DNA of 64,000 nucleotides from contig JAQWJE010000049.1 in NCBI GenBank assembly GCA_029248525.1, positions 549,836-613,835 on the forward strand, in the 5' to 3' direction. This DNA is from Candidatus Binatia bacterium (lineage in GTDB: Bacteria; Desulfobacterota; Binatia; UBA12015). The first letter of the stretch is position 1. Every line of letters starts with the position of its first letter. The notes beneath the pieces are model-generated. The model ran no database searches. It saw only the letters and a program-made list of their open reading frames with translations, and was not told the DNA's origin. A program made the translations under genes and the position numbers. This document shows, in pieces, positions 9,952 through 19,877 of the stretch.

Positions 9952-10764
9952 GTGCGCGGTTCCACCTCACCTGCGATTGTCCTCCGGACAATTCCCTTCG
10001 GCGAATCGGATAAAATCGTGACGCTTTTGTCGCAAGATGCGGGAAAGATCACTGGTATCGCCAAGGGAGCGAAGCGCTCACGGAAACGCTTTGGTGCCGC
10101 ACTCGAGCTCTTTTGCCACATTCGCCTCGATTACCGGGAGCGCCGGGGTTCCGACCTCGCATTTCTCGAACGCGCCGTGATTCTGCGTCCCTGGAGCGGA
10201 TTGGTCTCTTCTCTCGAGCGCTATGTCGCGGCGACTCATATCGTCGAAGTTGCTGATAAAATGTCCGCGGAACGCGAGGTTGGTAGTGACCTCTATGATG
10301 TCGTGGTGGCGGCGCTGGAGCGTCTGGAACGGGCAGAGCCCTGCGCTGCGACGCTGCGGATTTTCGAATTGGCCGTGCTGGCCGTGTCCGGTTACGGCCC
10401 TGATTTCTCGGTTTGCGTTGGCTGTTCCAGCGAATTTCAGGCGTTTGATCGGGGGGCCCGGTTGCACGTCGCTGGTGGGGGCCTGCTGTGCAGCCAGTGT
10501 GCGGGTCCGGAGGCCTCGGGCCTTCTTCTCGGACCCGATAGCGTAGATTGCCTGCACCGCCTGACGGGCCTGGTCGCCGTGGGGTTACCGAACGAAACAC
10601 GGGATACCTTCTGCGGAACCTCGCTTTTTTCGGTGGACGAACATTTGGAGATCGACTCGGCCCGGCACCGTGTCGCCAGTGAGCTCCGGCTGGCGGTCGC
10701 GGCGCTGATCGAACCCCATTTGCGCTCGCCCCTGCGCTCCCTCGATCTAATGAGCGGTATCTGA
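9952..10764 (+). CDS. recO: DNA repair protein RecO
   Basis: GTG start. IVLRTIPFGESDKIVTLLSQDAGKI is the typical RecO N-terminus, and a Cys-rich motif (CVGCSS...CSQC) follows. 270 aa. Confidence 0.8.
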   Translation: MRGSTSPAIVLRTIPFGESDKIVTLLSQDAGKITGIAKGAKRSRKRFGAALELFCHIRLDYRERRGSDLAFLERAVILRPWSGLVSSLERYVAATHIVEVADKMSAEREVGSDLYDVVVAALERLERAEPCAATLRIFELAVLAVSGYGPDFSVCVGCSSEFQAFDRGARLHVAGGGLLCSQCAGPEASGLLLGPDSVDCLHRLTGLVAVGLPNETRDTFCGTSLFSVDEHLEIDSARHRVASELRLAVAALIEPHLRSPLRSLDLMSGI

Positions 10765-11634
10765 CGGGCCCGAGCCAGGACCCAGTTTGTCGGCGTGGGC
10801 GTCCCGGATCGTGGTCAGGGAAAATTGCTCGCAGAGCCGCTTCAATTTGCTCGACATTTTTTGCCGGCCCAGCCGATTGAAGAATCGAATATAGCCCGGA
10901 GTTCCGGGCAGTTTGGGGGATTTCGGGTCGATTTCCCAAGGATGGGTGTAGACAATCGCCGGCCCGGATTCTCGGTTATATCGTTGCAGAAAGTGCGCGG
11001 TTACTGCGAAGGGAAGTGCCCGGAGGGTGAAACCGCCGCCGGCCAGAGGAAGAGTATGCCCTGTCGGGAGTTGAGACAGGGGCAGTGGAAACTCCCAAAG
11101 GCCCGACGCGAGGCGCCCGGGCAGACCTTCGGGGGTGATATACTCGGCTGCTGCTGGTTGGTAACGCAGCGGAAGCCAGCTGGAGTCCCATTGGAAGCCT
11201 GCCTCGGCGACACAATCCAGCGCCCATAGGTCCGCTGCTTCGCGGAGGAAAAACGGTGCCCGAAAACCGGCTACCGGACTGCCGACAAGGTTCTCGAGGG
11301 TTTCCCGCGACCGGCGAAGGTCTTCGCGGACCTCGTCGGGTTTCCGGTCGCCAAGAGGAAGATGTCGCGTGCCGTGGGAGGCAATTTCATGCCCGCGTGC
11401 GTGCGCTTCGCGCAGTAATTCCGGATGTTTTCCGGCCAGAGAGGCGAGGCAGAAGAGTGTGGCCCGCGTGTCGGTCTCCTCGAGAATCTCCAGCATTCTC
11501 CGGAGGTTTTCCTCGACTCGTGGGCCGTGCAGGGCAATTTCCGCGTCGGTCGCGGGGCCGGAGCCACGAGATTCATCATGGTACCAGTCCTCCACATCGA
11601 TGGTGAGAGCGTTACGAACCGGATTCATGGGCAT
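10747..11634 (-). CDS. Polysaccharide deacetylase family protein (NodB homology, DUF3473-type)
   Basis: TIDVEDWYH...FCLASLAGKHPEL...GHEIASHG are NodB-type metal-binding motifs. It resembles the EPS-locus-associated deacetylase subfamily. Confidence 0.7.
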   Translation of the reverse strand: MPMNPVRNALTIDVEDWYHDESRGSGPATDAEIALHGPRVEENLRRMLEILEETDTRATLFCLASLAGKHPELLREAHARGHEIASHGTRHLPLGDRKPDEVREDLRRSRETLENLVGSPVAGFRAPFFLREAADLWALDCVAEAGFQWDSSWLPLRYQPAAAEYITPEGLPGRLASGLWEFPLPLSQLPTGHTLPLAGGGFTLRALPFAVTAHFLQRYNRESGPAIVYTHPWEIDPKSPKLPGTPGYIRFFNRLGRQKMSSKLKRLCEQFSLTTIRDAHADKLGPGSGPSDTAH

Positions 11635-11679
11635 TTACTAGCAGACTTCGGCCGACCCGGGGGAGCGGGTCGGTCCCGG

Positions 11680-12321
11680 CTAAAAAATCCCCGGGATCAG
11701 GCGCCAGGAATGTGCCTGATAGTCTCGATAAGCGCTGCCGAATTTGGTTTCGAGCACGGCTTCCTCATTGGCCATGCGCAAAAGGGTCAACGGCAACCAG
11801 ACACCGAGGGCAACGCCGAGTGCGAGGGGGCTTCGGACGGCCAAAGCCGTTCCGACGGCGATCAAAAGCAGACTTGCGTAGCTGGGATGGCGAATCCACG
11901 CGAACGGACCTTCCTCGACGAGCCGGTGCTCGTTGGCAACCAGAAGCTTGACCGTGAAATGTTCGCCCATAACGCGCGCGACCCACTGCCGAAGAACGAG
12001 GCCCCCGGTGATCAGAAGAGCGCCGCTGATCTCGATCAGACTCGGCCACCGGAGGTGCATGATCGGCTCACGGTTCTGGAAGGCGCCTGTTGCGAGAATG
12101 GCGAGAAACCCGAGCTGCATGCCCCAACCGGTCCAATCCCCACCATTGGCCGACTCACCGGCTTCGCGGCGACCCAGATCGAAGGAGGTGAAGCCGGCGG
12201 CCAACGCAAGGATGATGGCCTCGGGTGAAGCCATTTGTCCCGCCCAACCCACAAGGAGGGCGGCAAGCCCCCCTCGGACCCAGGGGATCATGGTCGCGAG
12301 GTTTGAAGTAGAAGAAGACAC
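11680..12321 (-). CDS. Isoprenylcysteine carboxyl methyltransferase (ICMT)/phospholipid methyltransferase-family membrane methyltransferase
   Basis: Multi-TM protein with the C-terminal ICMT/PEMT motif: EHRLVEEGPFAWIRHPSYASLLL. Confidence 0.6.
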   Translation of the reverse strand: MSSSTSNLATMIPWVRGGLAALLVGWAGQMASPEAIILALAAGFTSFDLGRREAGESANGGDWTGWGMQLGFLAILATGAFQNREPIMHLRWPSLIEISGALLITGGLVLRQWVARVMGEHFTVKLLVANEHRLVEEGPFAWIRHPSYASLLLIAVGTALAVRSPLALGVALGVWLPLTLLRMANEEAVLETKFGSAYRDYQAHSWRLIPGIF

Positions 12322-12361
12322 ATACCCCTCATAGCCGAAAACGGCACCCGCAATCGAGTCC

Positions 12362-13363
12362 TCAGCCGACTCGGAGGCTGGAGGCGCTCGACCCCGGGCG
12401 TCTGCCGAATCGACCGGGGATCGTGAGATGCTGCGCGGAACCGGGACGCCAGGCGCGGCGTTGGCGCGCCACGCGCTCGCGACTGGACCGGTCGAGCCAG
12501 GGCCATAAAAGTCCCGCTCCGAGCAGATTCAGGTAACGCAGCACAAGGTAGAGGAGGTAGCCTCCACCCCCGAGGCGCTTCCAGACAAATAGGTCTTCGG
12601 AGATGGCGGCCTGTTGTTGTCGGGCCGGAGATTGTCGCCGAACGTCGCCACCATGGGTGACGGTGGCCTCCGCACAGAACAGAACGGAGCCCCCGGCCTG
12701 CTGCATGCGATGACAAAAGTCGAGCTCTTCACAGTAGAGGAAATAGTCGTCATCAAAGCCCCCGATCTCTTGCGCCTTCCGGCGTCGAGTCATGAGAAAA
12801 GAGCCTTGTACGGCATCGGTGATATGGGTCACGCTCTGCTGCTTCCGGGCCGTCTCCGGAAATTTTTCGGCCAGCACCTGCGGTGCCAGTCGCCGCAGAA
12901 AGGGGCGCGCCAGGGGTTGGTTGGCCAGCGCAGCCATCGGACCCGGCCAACTGGGTCGGGGGAAGGCACTTCTTTGGAAAGATCCATCACGATCCCGGTG
13001 CGCACAGCCGACGATATCGATCGGCGTTGGCCAATCTCGGGCAGCAGACAGGCAGGTTTCAATCGCGGCATTCTGCAGCCGGGTATCGGGGTTGAGCAGA
13101 AGCACCCAGTCGTGTCCGGCAATATCCAACCCGAAGTTTACTGCAGCAGCAAACCCCGGATTGTCGGGTGCGGTCCGCCAATGAACGTCGGGGTGCGCTT
13201 CCAGCACTCGATTTCGAGCGTCGGGGTTTCCTTCGTTGTCGATGACGATCAATTCCAATTCGAGATTGGGGCTTCTGCGCCGCACGCAGCTCAAGGCACC
13301 GAGAACTTCGTCGGTGTCTCGGTAGTGGACGAGAATGACGCTGACGGTGTTCACGGCCGACAT
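12362..13363 (-). CDS. Glycosyltransferase family 2
   Basis: VSVILVHYRD...LELIVIDNEGNPD... is a GT2 DxD-type fold. The start is set at MSAVNTVSV, which overlaps the upstream GT2 stop. Confidence 0.75.
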   Translation of the reverse strand: MSAVNTVSVILVHYRDTDEVLGALSCVRRRSPNLELELIVIDNEGNPDARNRVLEAHPDVHWRTAPDNPGFAAAVNFGLDIAGHDWVLLLNPDTRLQNAAIETCLSAARDWPTPIDIVGCAHRDRDGSFQRSAFPRPSWPGPMAALANQPLARPFLRRLAPQVLAEKFPETARKQQSVTHITDAVQGSFLMTRRRKAQEIGGFDDDYFLYCEELDFCHRMQQAGGSVLFCAEATVTHGGDVRRQSPARQQQAAISEDLFVWKRLGGGGYLLYLVLRYLNLLGAGLLWPWLDRSSRERVARQRRAWRPGSAQHLTIPGRFGRRPGSSASSLRVG

Positions 13364-14370
13364 ATCGGACACCTTGCCGGTCGTGGTTGGCCGGTGGCGA
13401 ACCTTAGCGAATTCCACCAGACACCGGCTCCCCAGAAGAGATGAATGGTGGGAAAGATAATCAGCAACCGTCCGAGGTGGGCTGTCGAACTCGGAAATGC
13501 AGTGATCATGGCTGCGACGACTACAAGCGAGCAATAGCTCGCAATCAGCAGATAGCAGGCCGAGGCCGCGAGGGGCAGGAATACCCCGAGGCTCGCCGTG
13601 ACCATCAGTGCCGCCAAAAACAGAGGTGGCACAAGTTGGCGCCATTTCATCGAGGCCGGATGTTTCCAGAGGGTATAAGCTCGCCAGCGCCCGTAGCGAA
13701 GATATTGATGGCGCAAGGCCGCCCAGTTGGACCGGGGTGTGTAGGTGGAATGAATGCGCGGCGAGAGCAGAATCCGCCCCCCCGACTCGCTCAGACGAAT
13801 ATTGAGTTCGGAATCTTCGTTGGCGTGGGCTTGCTCGTCAAACCCGTCCAGGCCGCGCAAGGTCCCCGTGCGCCAGGCTCCGAGATAGACCGTATCGACG
13901 AACTTCTCCTGATCGGAATAATGAAAATGGGAATTGCCCAGACCGAAGGGCGTACTCGTCGCCAGCGAAATCGCTTCGCCCATCGGACTTGTCCCCCGGG
14001 GGTTCATCCGACCGCCGACATTTTCGGCACGCCCCTCGCCCAGGAGTTGAATGCAAGTCTCCACATAGTCGGCGGCAATCGTCGTACGCGCATCGACCCG
14101 GATGAAGAATTCCCCACGCGCTTCCTTGAGGGCGAGGTTCAACGCGGGTGCCTGGTAGCGCGCCGGATTCCGGAGCAGGCGCAGGCGAGGTTCGTTGCTC
14201 GAGATGCTCTCCACGATCAAGCAGGTCTTGTCCCGGGAGCCTCCGTCGACCACGAGAATCTCGATTTCGTGAGCCGGCATGGTTTGCGTGCATATGGCCT
14301 CGAGCGTTTGTCGGATGGAGGGTTCCTCGTCGAGAACCGGAATCGCGATCGTGACTCGAGGGGCGCTCAT
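13351..14370 (-). CDS. Glycosyltransferase family 2 with C-terminal TM segments
   Basis: VTIAIPVLDEEPSI...ILVVDGGSRDKT is GT2. The start at MSAPRV overlaps the GT4 stop as ATGA. Confidence 0.75.
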   Translation of the reverse strand: MSAPRVTIAIPVLDEEPSIRQTLEAICTQTMPAHEIEILVVDGGSRDKTCLIVESISSNEPRLRLLRNPARYQAPALNLALKEARGEFFIRVDARTTIAADYVETCIQLLGEGRAENVGGRMNPRGTSPMGEAISLATSTPFGLGNSHFHYSDQEKFVDTVYLGAWRTGTLRGLDGFDEQAHANEDSELNIRLSESGGRILLSPRIHSTYTPRSNWAALRHQYLRYGRWRAYTLWKHPASMKWRQLVPPLFLAALMVTASLGVFLPLAASACYLLIASYCSLVVVAAMITAFPSSTAHLGRLLIIFPTIHLFWGAGVWWNSLRFATGQPRPARCPICRP

Positions 14371-15569
14371 GCGTTGGCTCTTTTTGTTTCGACGACTTCC
14401 GCATAGGTCTGGGCGAGTTGGTCCCCGAGAGCATCCCATCCGTAGTGGCGTCGGACGAGGTCGAGTCCGGCCGCACCCATTTTTTCGCGGGCGTTGCGAT
14501 CTTGCAGGAGTGCCGCGATTGCTCGCACGAGTTCATCCGGGGTGTCCGCGATCTGCAAATCTCTGCCGTCGACGGCCTCGATGCCCTCCGCTCCGACGGT
14601 CGTGGAGACCACGGGGCGCCCCAAAGCCATCGCCTCGAGAATTTTGATGCGGATTCCGGATCCTACGCGGGTGGGTGCCAGAAAGACAGCACCGCGAAGA
14701 ATCTCGGGTCGCACGTCGTTTACGTAGCCGGCAATATCGATGCCCTTGTTTGCGGCATCTTCTCGAGCTTCGGCCGGAATCTCCTTACCGACGATGGTAA
14801 GCCGCGCCTCGGGCTGCACCCTCCGCATCTCCGGCCAAACCTCCCGGCACAGAAAGAGCAGTCCGTCGCGGGTAGGCCCCCAGGAGTAGTCACCTGTGGT
14901 GACGACACGTTGCTCGTCGGGCAAGCAGTCGGGGTCGGGTTGGAAAAACTCGAGATCGACGCCATCCGGCAATACTTTCACGGAGGCTTGAGGTGCAAGT
15001 TGATGGAGCTGCGCGGCATCGACTGCTGTGACCGCGAGGCATTGGTCGAATCGCGCACACGATATTGCCTCATATCGAGCAACAGCGCGGGACTGAGCGC
15101 GGATCAGGGGTCGAAGAAAGGGTCGAGCCGCTGTTTCGGCGTATCTCTCGAGAATCCTGCTTTCGACATTATGTTGGCGAAGGATCGTAGGGAGCTGAGG
15201 TGGGATAGCCTGGACGTAGGCGGCCGTATGCAGATGGTCGAAGTGGACGATATCTATGTCGCGGCTTTCGCAGAGATCGGCGGCCCGTTTTGCAACGGCG
15301 CGCGAATGAAAGCGCGACATAGCCAGGGGGCGTTCGGAGGTGGCAGCATCCAGCAGCGAGAAGATGGATCCGGTCCGGTCCTCGACAGTGACGATATGAT
15401 CGCAGAGGGGTGCCAAGGCGGGAATGCCTTCGCGCGGATCTTCCTGGCAGAGACTCAGCAAGGTCAATTCATGGTGGCGGCCGATCTGGCGCACCAACTG
15501 GTAGAGCGCCATCCGACCACCGTTGTCGGGCGGCCAGGGGAGCTGAGGCGTGATTTGCAGAACATGCAT
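14367..15569 (-). CDS. Glycosyltransferase family 4 (group 1)
   Basis: 400 aa; MHVLQITPQLPWPPDNGGRMALYQ... and a C-terminal GT4 EX7E-type region. Confidence 0.8.
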   Translation of the reverse strand: MHVLQITPQLPWPPDNGGRMALYQLVRQIGRHHELTLLSLCQEDPREGIPALAPLCDHIVTVEDRTGSIFSLLDAATSERPLAMSRFHSRAVAKRAADLCESRDIDIVHFDHLHTAAYVQAIPPQLPTILRQHNVESRILERYAETAARPFLRPLIRAQSRAVARYEAISCARFDQCLAVTAVDAAQLHQLAPQASVKVLPDGVDLEFFQPDPDCLPDEQRVVTTGDYSWGPTRDGLLFLCREVWPEMRRVQPEARLTIVGKEIPAEAREDAANKGIDIAGYVNDVRPEILRGAVFLAPTRVGSGIRIKILEAMALGRPVVSTTVGAEGIEAVDGRDLQIADTPDELVRAIAALLQDRNAREKMGAAGLDLVRRHYGWDALGDQLAQTYAEVVETKRANA

Positions 15570-15578
15570 GATTTGGTC

Positions 15579-15599
15579 GGAGGGACTCGAAGTCCCTCC
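15579..15599. terminator. Perfect 9-bp stem / 3-nt loop hairpin (GGAGGGACT-cga-AGTCCCTCC) between the chemosensory operon and the GT operon
   Basis: Seen directly in the sequence. A T-rich run (TTACTTCTTG) follows on the plus strand only. It may act as an intercistronic terminator/attenuator or an RNA-stability element. Confidence 0.4.
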
Positions 15600-15646
15600 T
15601 TACTTCTTGCATGTCGTGGTGGAAATTTCTGCCAGTGGCGTCGATT

Positions 15647-18430
15647 TCAGAGTTCGGGAAGGACCGCCTCAAGTGCGGCGATGACGGCCTCCTGTGTGAA
15701 GGGTTTGGTGAGATAACCGCTTGCCCCTGATTGTTGCGCCAATTGGCGGTGTTTTTCACTGCCGCGTGAACTGCAGATAATGACGGGAATTTCCTTGAGC
15801 TGAGGATCGTTTCGGACCGCATGAAGGAGCTCGTATCCATGCATTCGCGGCATCTCCAGATCGGTAATCAGAACACGGTATTGCCCACTGCGCAGCCGGT
15901 CGAGAGCCTCGCGGCCGTCGACAGCGGTGTCCCCGGAAACGCCGGCGCCTTCCAGAAAATGATGCGCGAGTTTACGGACACTGATCGAATCTTCCGCCCA
16001 CAGGACGGCTGCTTCGGAGATTTCGGTTCGTTTCTCGAGTGGACGGTCCGCACCCGAGGGGTGTTCCCGCCAAGCGGCATGAAGTCGGCTGGCGTCGAGG
16101 GCAAAGACGACATTTCCATCCCCTCGCAGCGTCGCACTGCTGATGAACGGATGATTATGGAAAAGAGGGCCGAGCGGCCGAATTACCGCTTCCCGCTGCG
16201 ACTCGATCTTCTCCACGAGCAGAGCGACCCGAGTGTCGCCACAGCGCAGGATCACGGCGGTTTGTGGGTCGGCACCGGGCGGGCATCCCAGGAGACGGTG
16301 CAGCGGCAGTGCCGGAAGCCAATCGTTTTCGAAGGCAACGAGATAGCGTTCTTCCTGCTCCTGCAGATCCTCGGGATTGATATTGATCACGGTTTCGACC
16401 GGGCCCTGTGTCAGGGCGATGGTCTCCGTCCCCGCCCGCAACAGGAGGATTTGCTCAATCATCGAGGTCAGGGGGATATGAATTCGAATTTCGGTGCCCT
16501 GCTCGCGCTCGGCTTGAATCGTGACCGAACCTCTAAGTCGGGCAACCTCGGATGCGACGACATCCATGCCAACGCCGCGACCCGATACCGTGTCGGCTGT
16601 TTCCTGCGTCGAGAATCCCGGCTCGAAGATCAGGCCGGAGAGGTAATCAGGGTCGGACGAGCGGCTCTCGTCGAGGATTTTACGCTCTCGGGCGCGGTTC
16701 CGGATCGAATTGAAATCCAGACCGGCGCCGTCATCCTGAACACGAATCTCGACATGGCCGTGGCTTTGTTTCGCATCCAGTGTGATTCGCCCTGCAGCCG
16801 ATTTGCCCTGCTGGCGACGTTCCTCAGGCCGCTGAATTCCGTGGGCGACGGCGTTGCGGACGAGGTGGAGCAAGGGGCCGTATAGAGACTCGATCAGAGA
16901 TCGATCGAGTTGAACGTCCCCCCCATGGCATTCAAAAAGGACTTCTTTTCCGGACTGACGTGCCGCATCTCTTGCGGCATGGGCGAGTCGGCGGTGCAAG
17001 GAGTCCAGCGAAACCAGACGCATATCGCTCACAGTGCGTTGCAGGCTGGAGGTCACTTTGGAGATCTGACGCGACTCGTCGCCAAGAGAGTCAAGAAGCA
17101 GCCCCACCTGTTCGACGACCTCCGAGGTATCCGATGCGAGTTCGACCAGAGTACGGGTCAGGACGTTGAAGTCGTCATATTTATCAAATTCGAGATCCGT
17201 AAAAGCATCGAGGTGTGTAGGCCCGCGGGCCTCGCCTGTGGGTGTTGGTGTTGCCGCGGGTTTTGGCTGATGGAATTCAAAACTTCGAAACCCCTCAATC
17301 GTTTCCCCCAGTCGCATCCGGTCGACGCTGAGCTTCTCCCGCATTTCCTGAATGGCCGACATTCCATCGTCGAGTTGTGTCCGGCTGACCACCAATTCGC
17401 TGATGCGGCTCATTAGAAGATCCAGTCGGCTGCTGTGCACCCGAATCACGCCACCATCGGTATCTTTGGCCGGGGCGATGGGGGGCGGTCGTTGCGGCTG
17501 GGAAGCCGACTCCCCGGCCGTTCGAAGCGTGTTCTCCGCAGGGGGGGGCTGCGCGGTCATCTTCGCCAGGGCCGTCTCGACAAGATCTTTCGGATTCCGC
17601 AGGATCAGACTTTGGTGCTGTTGTTGTCTGGATTCGGCAATCAACCCGGCGGCCGAGTCGAGGATCTGCAGAAGACAATCGTGCAGATCCGTGGCGGGGA
17701 CGGATTTGCGCTTTTCCAGAACTTCTTCGAGCAGCGTCTCGCCGGCCTCCATCTGGGCGACAATCCCGGCTAGCTCCACGGCCGCCGCCGCACCTTTCAG
17801 CGTATGGAATTGGCGAAAAAGAGTCCGCAAAGGAGCGGGGTCACCGGGCTCCGCTTCCAGAAGAACCATTGCATTTTCCGCAGCCTCGAGCGCGGCATCT
17901 GCGTCGAGGCGGAAGGCGTCGAGCATCTCCCTGTCAAAGGCTTCCCTTTCGGGGTCGGGAGGCGCGGCAGGTGCGGTCTCGGTTGGCCCGTCGGATTCGC
18001 CTTGCCGAGCTGCCGTCGCCGCTATTTCGAGGGCTTCCTCGGGTGAGGGGAGACCGGCTTCAGCGCATAATTTGCACAGGCTGGGACTGATTTCAGAGAA
18101 AAAGGCATGGCTCAGAGGTAGTTCCGGACCCTGTTCCTCCGGGCCTTCGAATGCGGTCTGCAAATTGCGGCCGAGTTCACTCAAGTCCTCCATGCCGACA
18201 GTTGCCGCACTTCCCTTCACCGTATGGAATTGACTCCCAAGGGCAGCACAGGCTTCTTCCTGCTGGCCCGGATCGGCAAGGGCCGCGAGATATTGCTCAA
18301 GGCTCTGAAGGATTTCGGGGAGCTCTTCGCGAAATGTTTCTCGCAGGTCCTCAGCGAGAGAGCTCTCAAAGCTGTCCAGTTCCGGCGATATGGGCAGGGA
18401 TTTACTATGCGTTTCGTTTTCGGAATCCAT
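15647..18430 (-). CDS. CheA-CheY hybrid histidine kinase (two Hpt domains, HATPase, CheW-like domain, C-terminal receiver)
   Basis: Two Hpt motifs (FHTVKGSAATV and FHTLKGAAAAV), HATPase_c (VQDDGAGLD...GRGVGMDV), a CheW-like domain and a REC domain (VLITDLEMPRMHGYEL...YLTKPF). Confidence 0.9.
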   Translation of the reverse strand: MDSENETHSKSLPISPELDSFESSLAEDLRETFREELPEILQSLEQYLAALADPGQQEEACAALGSQFHTVKGSAATVGMEDLSELGRNLQTAFEGPEEQGPELPLSHAFFSEISPSLCKLCAEAGLPSPEEALEIAATAARQGESDGPTETAPAAPPDPEREAFDREMLDAFRLDADAALEAAENAMVLLEAEPGDPAPLRTLFRQFHTLKGAAAAVELAGIVAQMEAGETLLEEVLEKRKSVPATDLHDCLLQILDSAAGLIAESRQQQHQSLILRNPKDLVETALAKMTAQPPPAENTLRTAGESASQPQRPPPIAPAKDTDGGVIRVHSSRLDLLMSRISELVVSRTQLDDGMSAIQEMREKLSVDRMRLGETIEGFRSFEFHQPKPAATPTPTGEARGPTHLDAFTDLEFDKYDDFNVLTRTLVELASDTSEVVEQVGLLLDSLGDESRQISKVTSSLQRTVSDMRLVSLDSLHRRLAHAARDAARQSGKEVLFECHGGDVQLDRSLIESLYGPLLHLVRNAVAHGIQRPEERRQQGKSAAGRITLDAKQSHGHVEIRVQDDGAGLDFNSIRNRARERKILDESRSSDPDYLSGLIFEPGFSTQETADTVSGRGVGMDVVASEVARLRGSVTIQAEREQGTEIRIHIPLTSMIEQILLLRAGTETIALTQGPVETVININPEDLQEQEERYLVAFENDWLPALPLHRLLGCPPGADPQTAVILRCGDTRVALLVEKIESQREAVIRPLGPLFHNHPFISSATLRGDGNVVFALDASRLHAAWREHPSGADRPLEKRTEISEAAVLWAEDSISVRKLAHHFLEGAGVSGDTAVDGREALDRLRSGQYRVLITDLEMPRMHGYELLHAVRNDPQLKEIPVIICSSRGSEKHRQLAQQSGASGYLTKPFTQEAVIAALEAVLPEL

Positions 18431-18452
18431 GCAAAGCCCCTTTCGAGTCCGT

Positions 18453-19877
18453 TCAGACAGAAGGTGCGACCGAGTTTGGTTGCTGGATCGTCAGGCATAA
18501 TTCGAGAAGCGCCTCGCTCCGATGACGAGTCGTTTCCTCGGCGACTTCCAGCTTGCGGGCGACGTTTTCGATTTGTTCGAGGGCAGATTCAATCTGGTCG
18601 GCCGCGGCGCATTGTGACGTCGCCGTATGGGTGACCGCATCGACAGCGGCATGCGCGCTTTCGGCTTCCTGTCGCAGCTTCTGGATCGAGCGCTCGGCCG
18701 CCGCCGCTGCAGCCGAGTGCATTTCAATCCGCTCGCCTTGCCGGTCCATTCCACCGACGGCTTCGCCAATATCATTCTGAATTCCGCGAATCAGCCGATC
18801 GACTTCCTTGGCTGCCTGAGAGGCTTTCTCCGCAAGCTTGCGCACCTCCTCGGCGACGACGGTAAAACCGTGGCCCTGCTCTCCGGCCCTCGAGGCTTCG
18901 ATGGCTGCGTTCAGCGCGAGCATATCGGTCTGTGCCGACATTTTGGAGATGGTGCCGGTGATCGCGGCTATCTGCATGGAACGCTCACCCAGCCGTTTGA
19001 TCTTGACGGTCGCAGCCCGGGTTTCCCGCTGGAGTCCCTCCATGCCCGCATTGAGGTCGGAGATAGCGGACTGGCTCTGCTTGCCGGCCTGCTCGGCGAG
19101 GCTGCTGGAGTCGATGGCCTCCTGGCATAAACTCGTGAGTCGCTGGTTCTGGACCTTGAGTTGATCGGCATCCTCCGAGGTGGCGGCACAGACCTCCCTT
19201 TGGGCCAGAGCATCGCCGTGCGCAGCATGGGCCGCCAGCCGAACCTGCTCAGCCGAATGTCCGATCCCCTGTGATATATTCGCGAGGTCCTCATCGCGAG
19301 CACCGAGCTCCTCGAGGGTCTGGTTGAGCCGTAGCCCCAGCTCTGCAAAATCTCCCTTGAGATCGCATCGAGAGTCCCGTTCACCGGCCTGATGCCGAGA
19401 CAGGGTGTTTGTCATGGATTTGATGGCTCTCTCGACAACGATTCGATGCTCGACGAGGTGCTGGTGCTGGAGATCCCAGCTGTCCAGAATACGATTGACC
19501 GCCCGACAGGATTCAGCTGCAGGCCCGGAGCCCTCGGCGGGTAGTCGGGTTTCATAATGTCCGCGTTGCATCTTGCGCAGAGCGGCCGGTAGATCCCGCA
19601 GGCCTCCCGCGAAGGACTGCCAGAGGTGTCGGCCGAGAACCCAGCCGAAAACGCTAGCCAGGATTGCCGAGATCCCCGTCGCCAAACTCAGGGAGAGGAC
19701 GCCCGGCTCCATCAGAAACCCTTCGAGCACGAGGAAGGCCAATATCCCCTGCATGCCTGCAATGATCATGGCCAGGAGGGCGATTTTCCCCGCGCCTTCT
19801 CGACTCCAATCGTGATCCTTGCGTGAGGCAGACGCGACTCCTGGAGCCAGGGGGGTTAATTTCTCTGCAGTGGCCAT
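18453..19877 (-). CDS. Methyl-accepting chemotaxis protein: two closely spaced TM helices, no periplasmic domain, HAMP, MCP signalling domain
   Basis: MCP highly conserved domain ([38 protein letters not shown]). The N-terminus has two TM segments separated by only a few residues. Confidence 0.9.
   Translation of the reverse strand: MATAEKLTPLAPGVASASRKDHDWSREGAGKIALLAMIIAGMQGILAFLVLEGFLMEPGVLSLSLATGISAILASVFGWVLGRHLWQSFAGGLRDLPAALRKMQRGHYETRLPAEGSGPAAESCRAVNRILDSWDLQHQHLVEHRIVVERAIKSMTNTLSRHQAGERDSRCDLKGDFAELGLRLNQTLEELGARDEDLANISQGIGHSAEQVRLAAHAAHGDALAQREVCAATSEDADQLKVQNQRLTSLCQEAIDSSSLAEQAGKQSQSAISDLNAGMEGLQRETRAATVKIKRLGERSMQIAAITGTISKMSAQTDMLALNAAIEASRAGEQGHGFTVVAEEVRKLAEKASQAAKEVDRLIRGIQNDIGEAVGGMDRQGERIEMHSAAAAAAERSIQKLRQEAESAHAAVDAVTHTATSQCAAADQIESALEQIENVARKLEVAEETTRHRSEALLELCLTIQQPNSVAPSV

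Noticed and set aside
10049-10939. 296-aa Arg/Pro-rich minus-strand ORF overlapping recO
   Set aside because: It has a low-complexity RP-rich composition typical of GC-rich antisense frames. recO on the plus strand is well supported.
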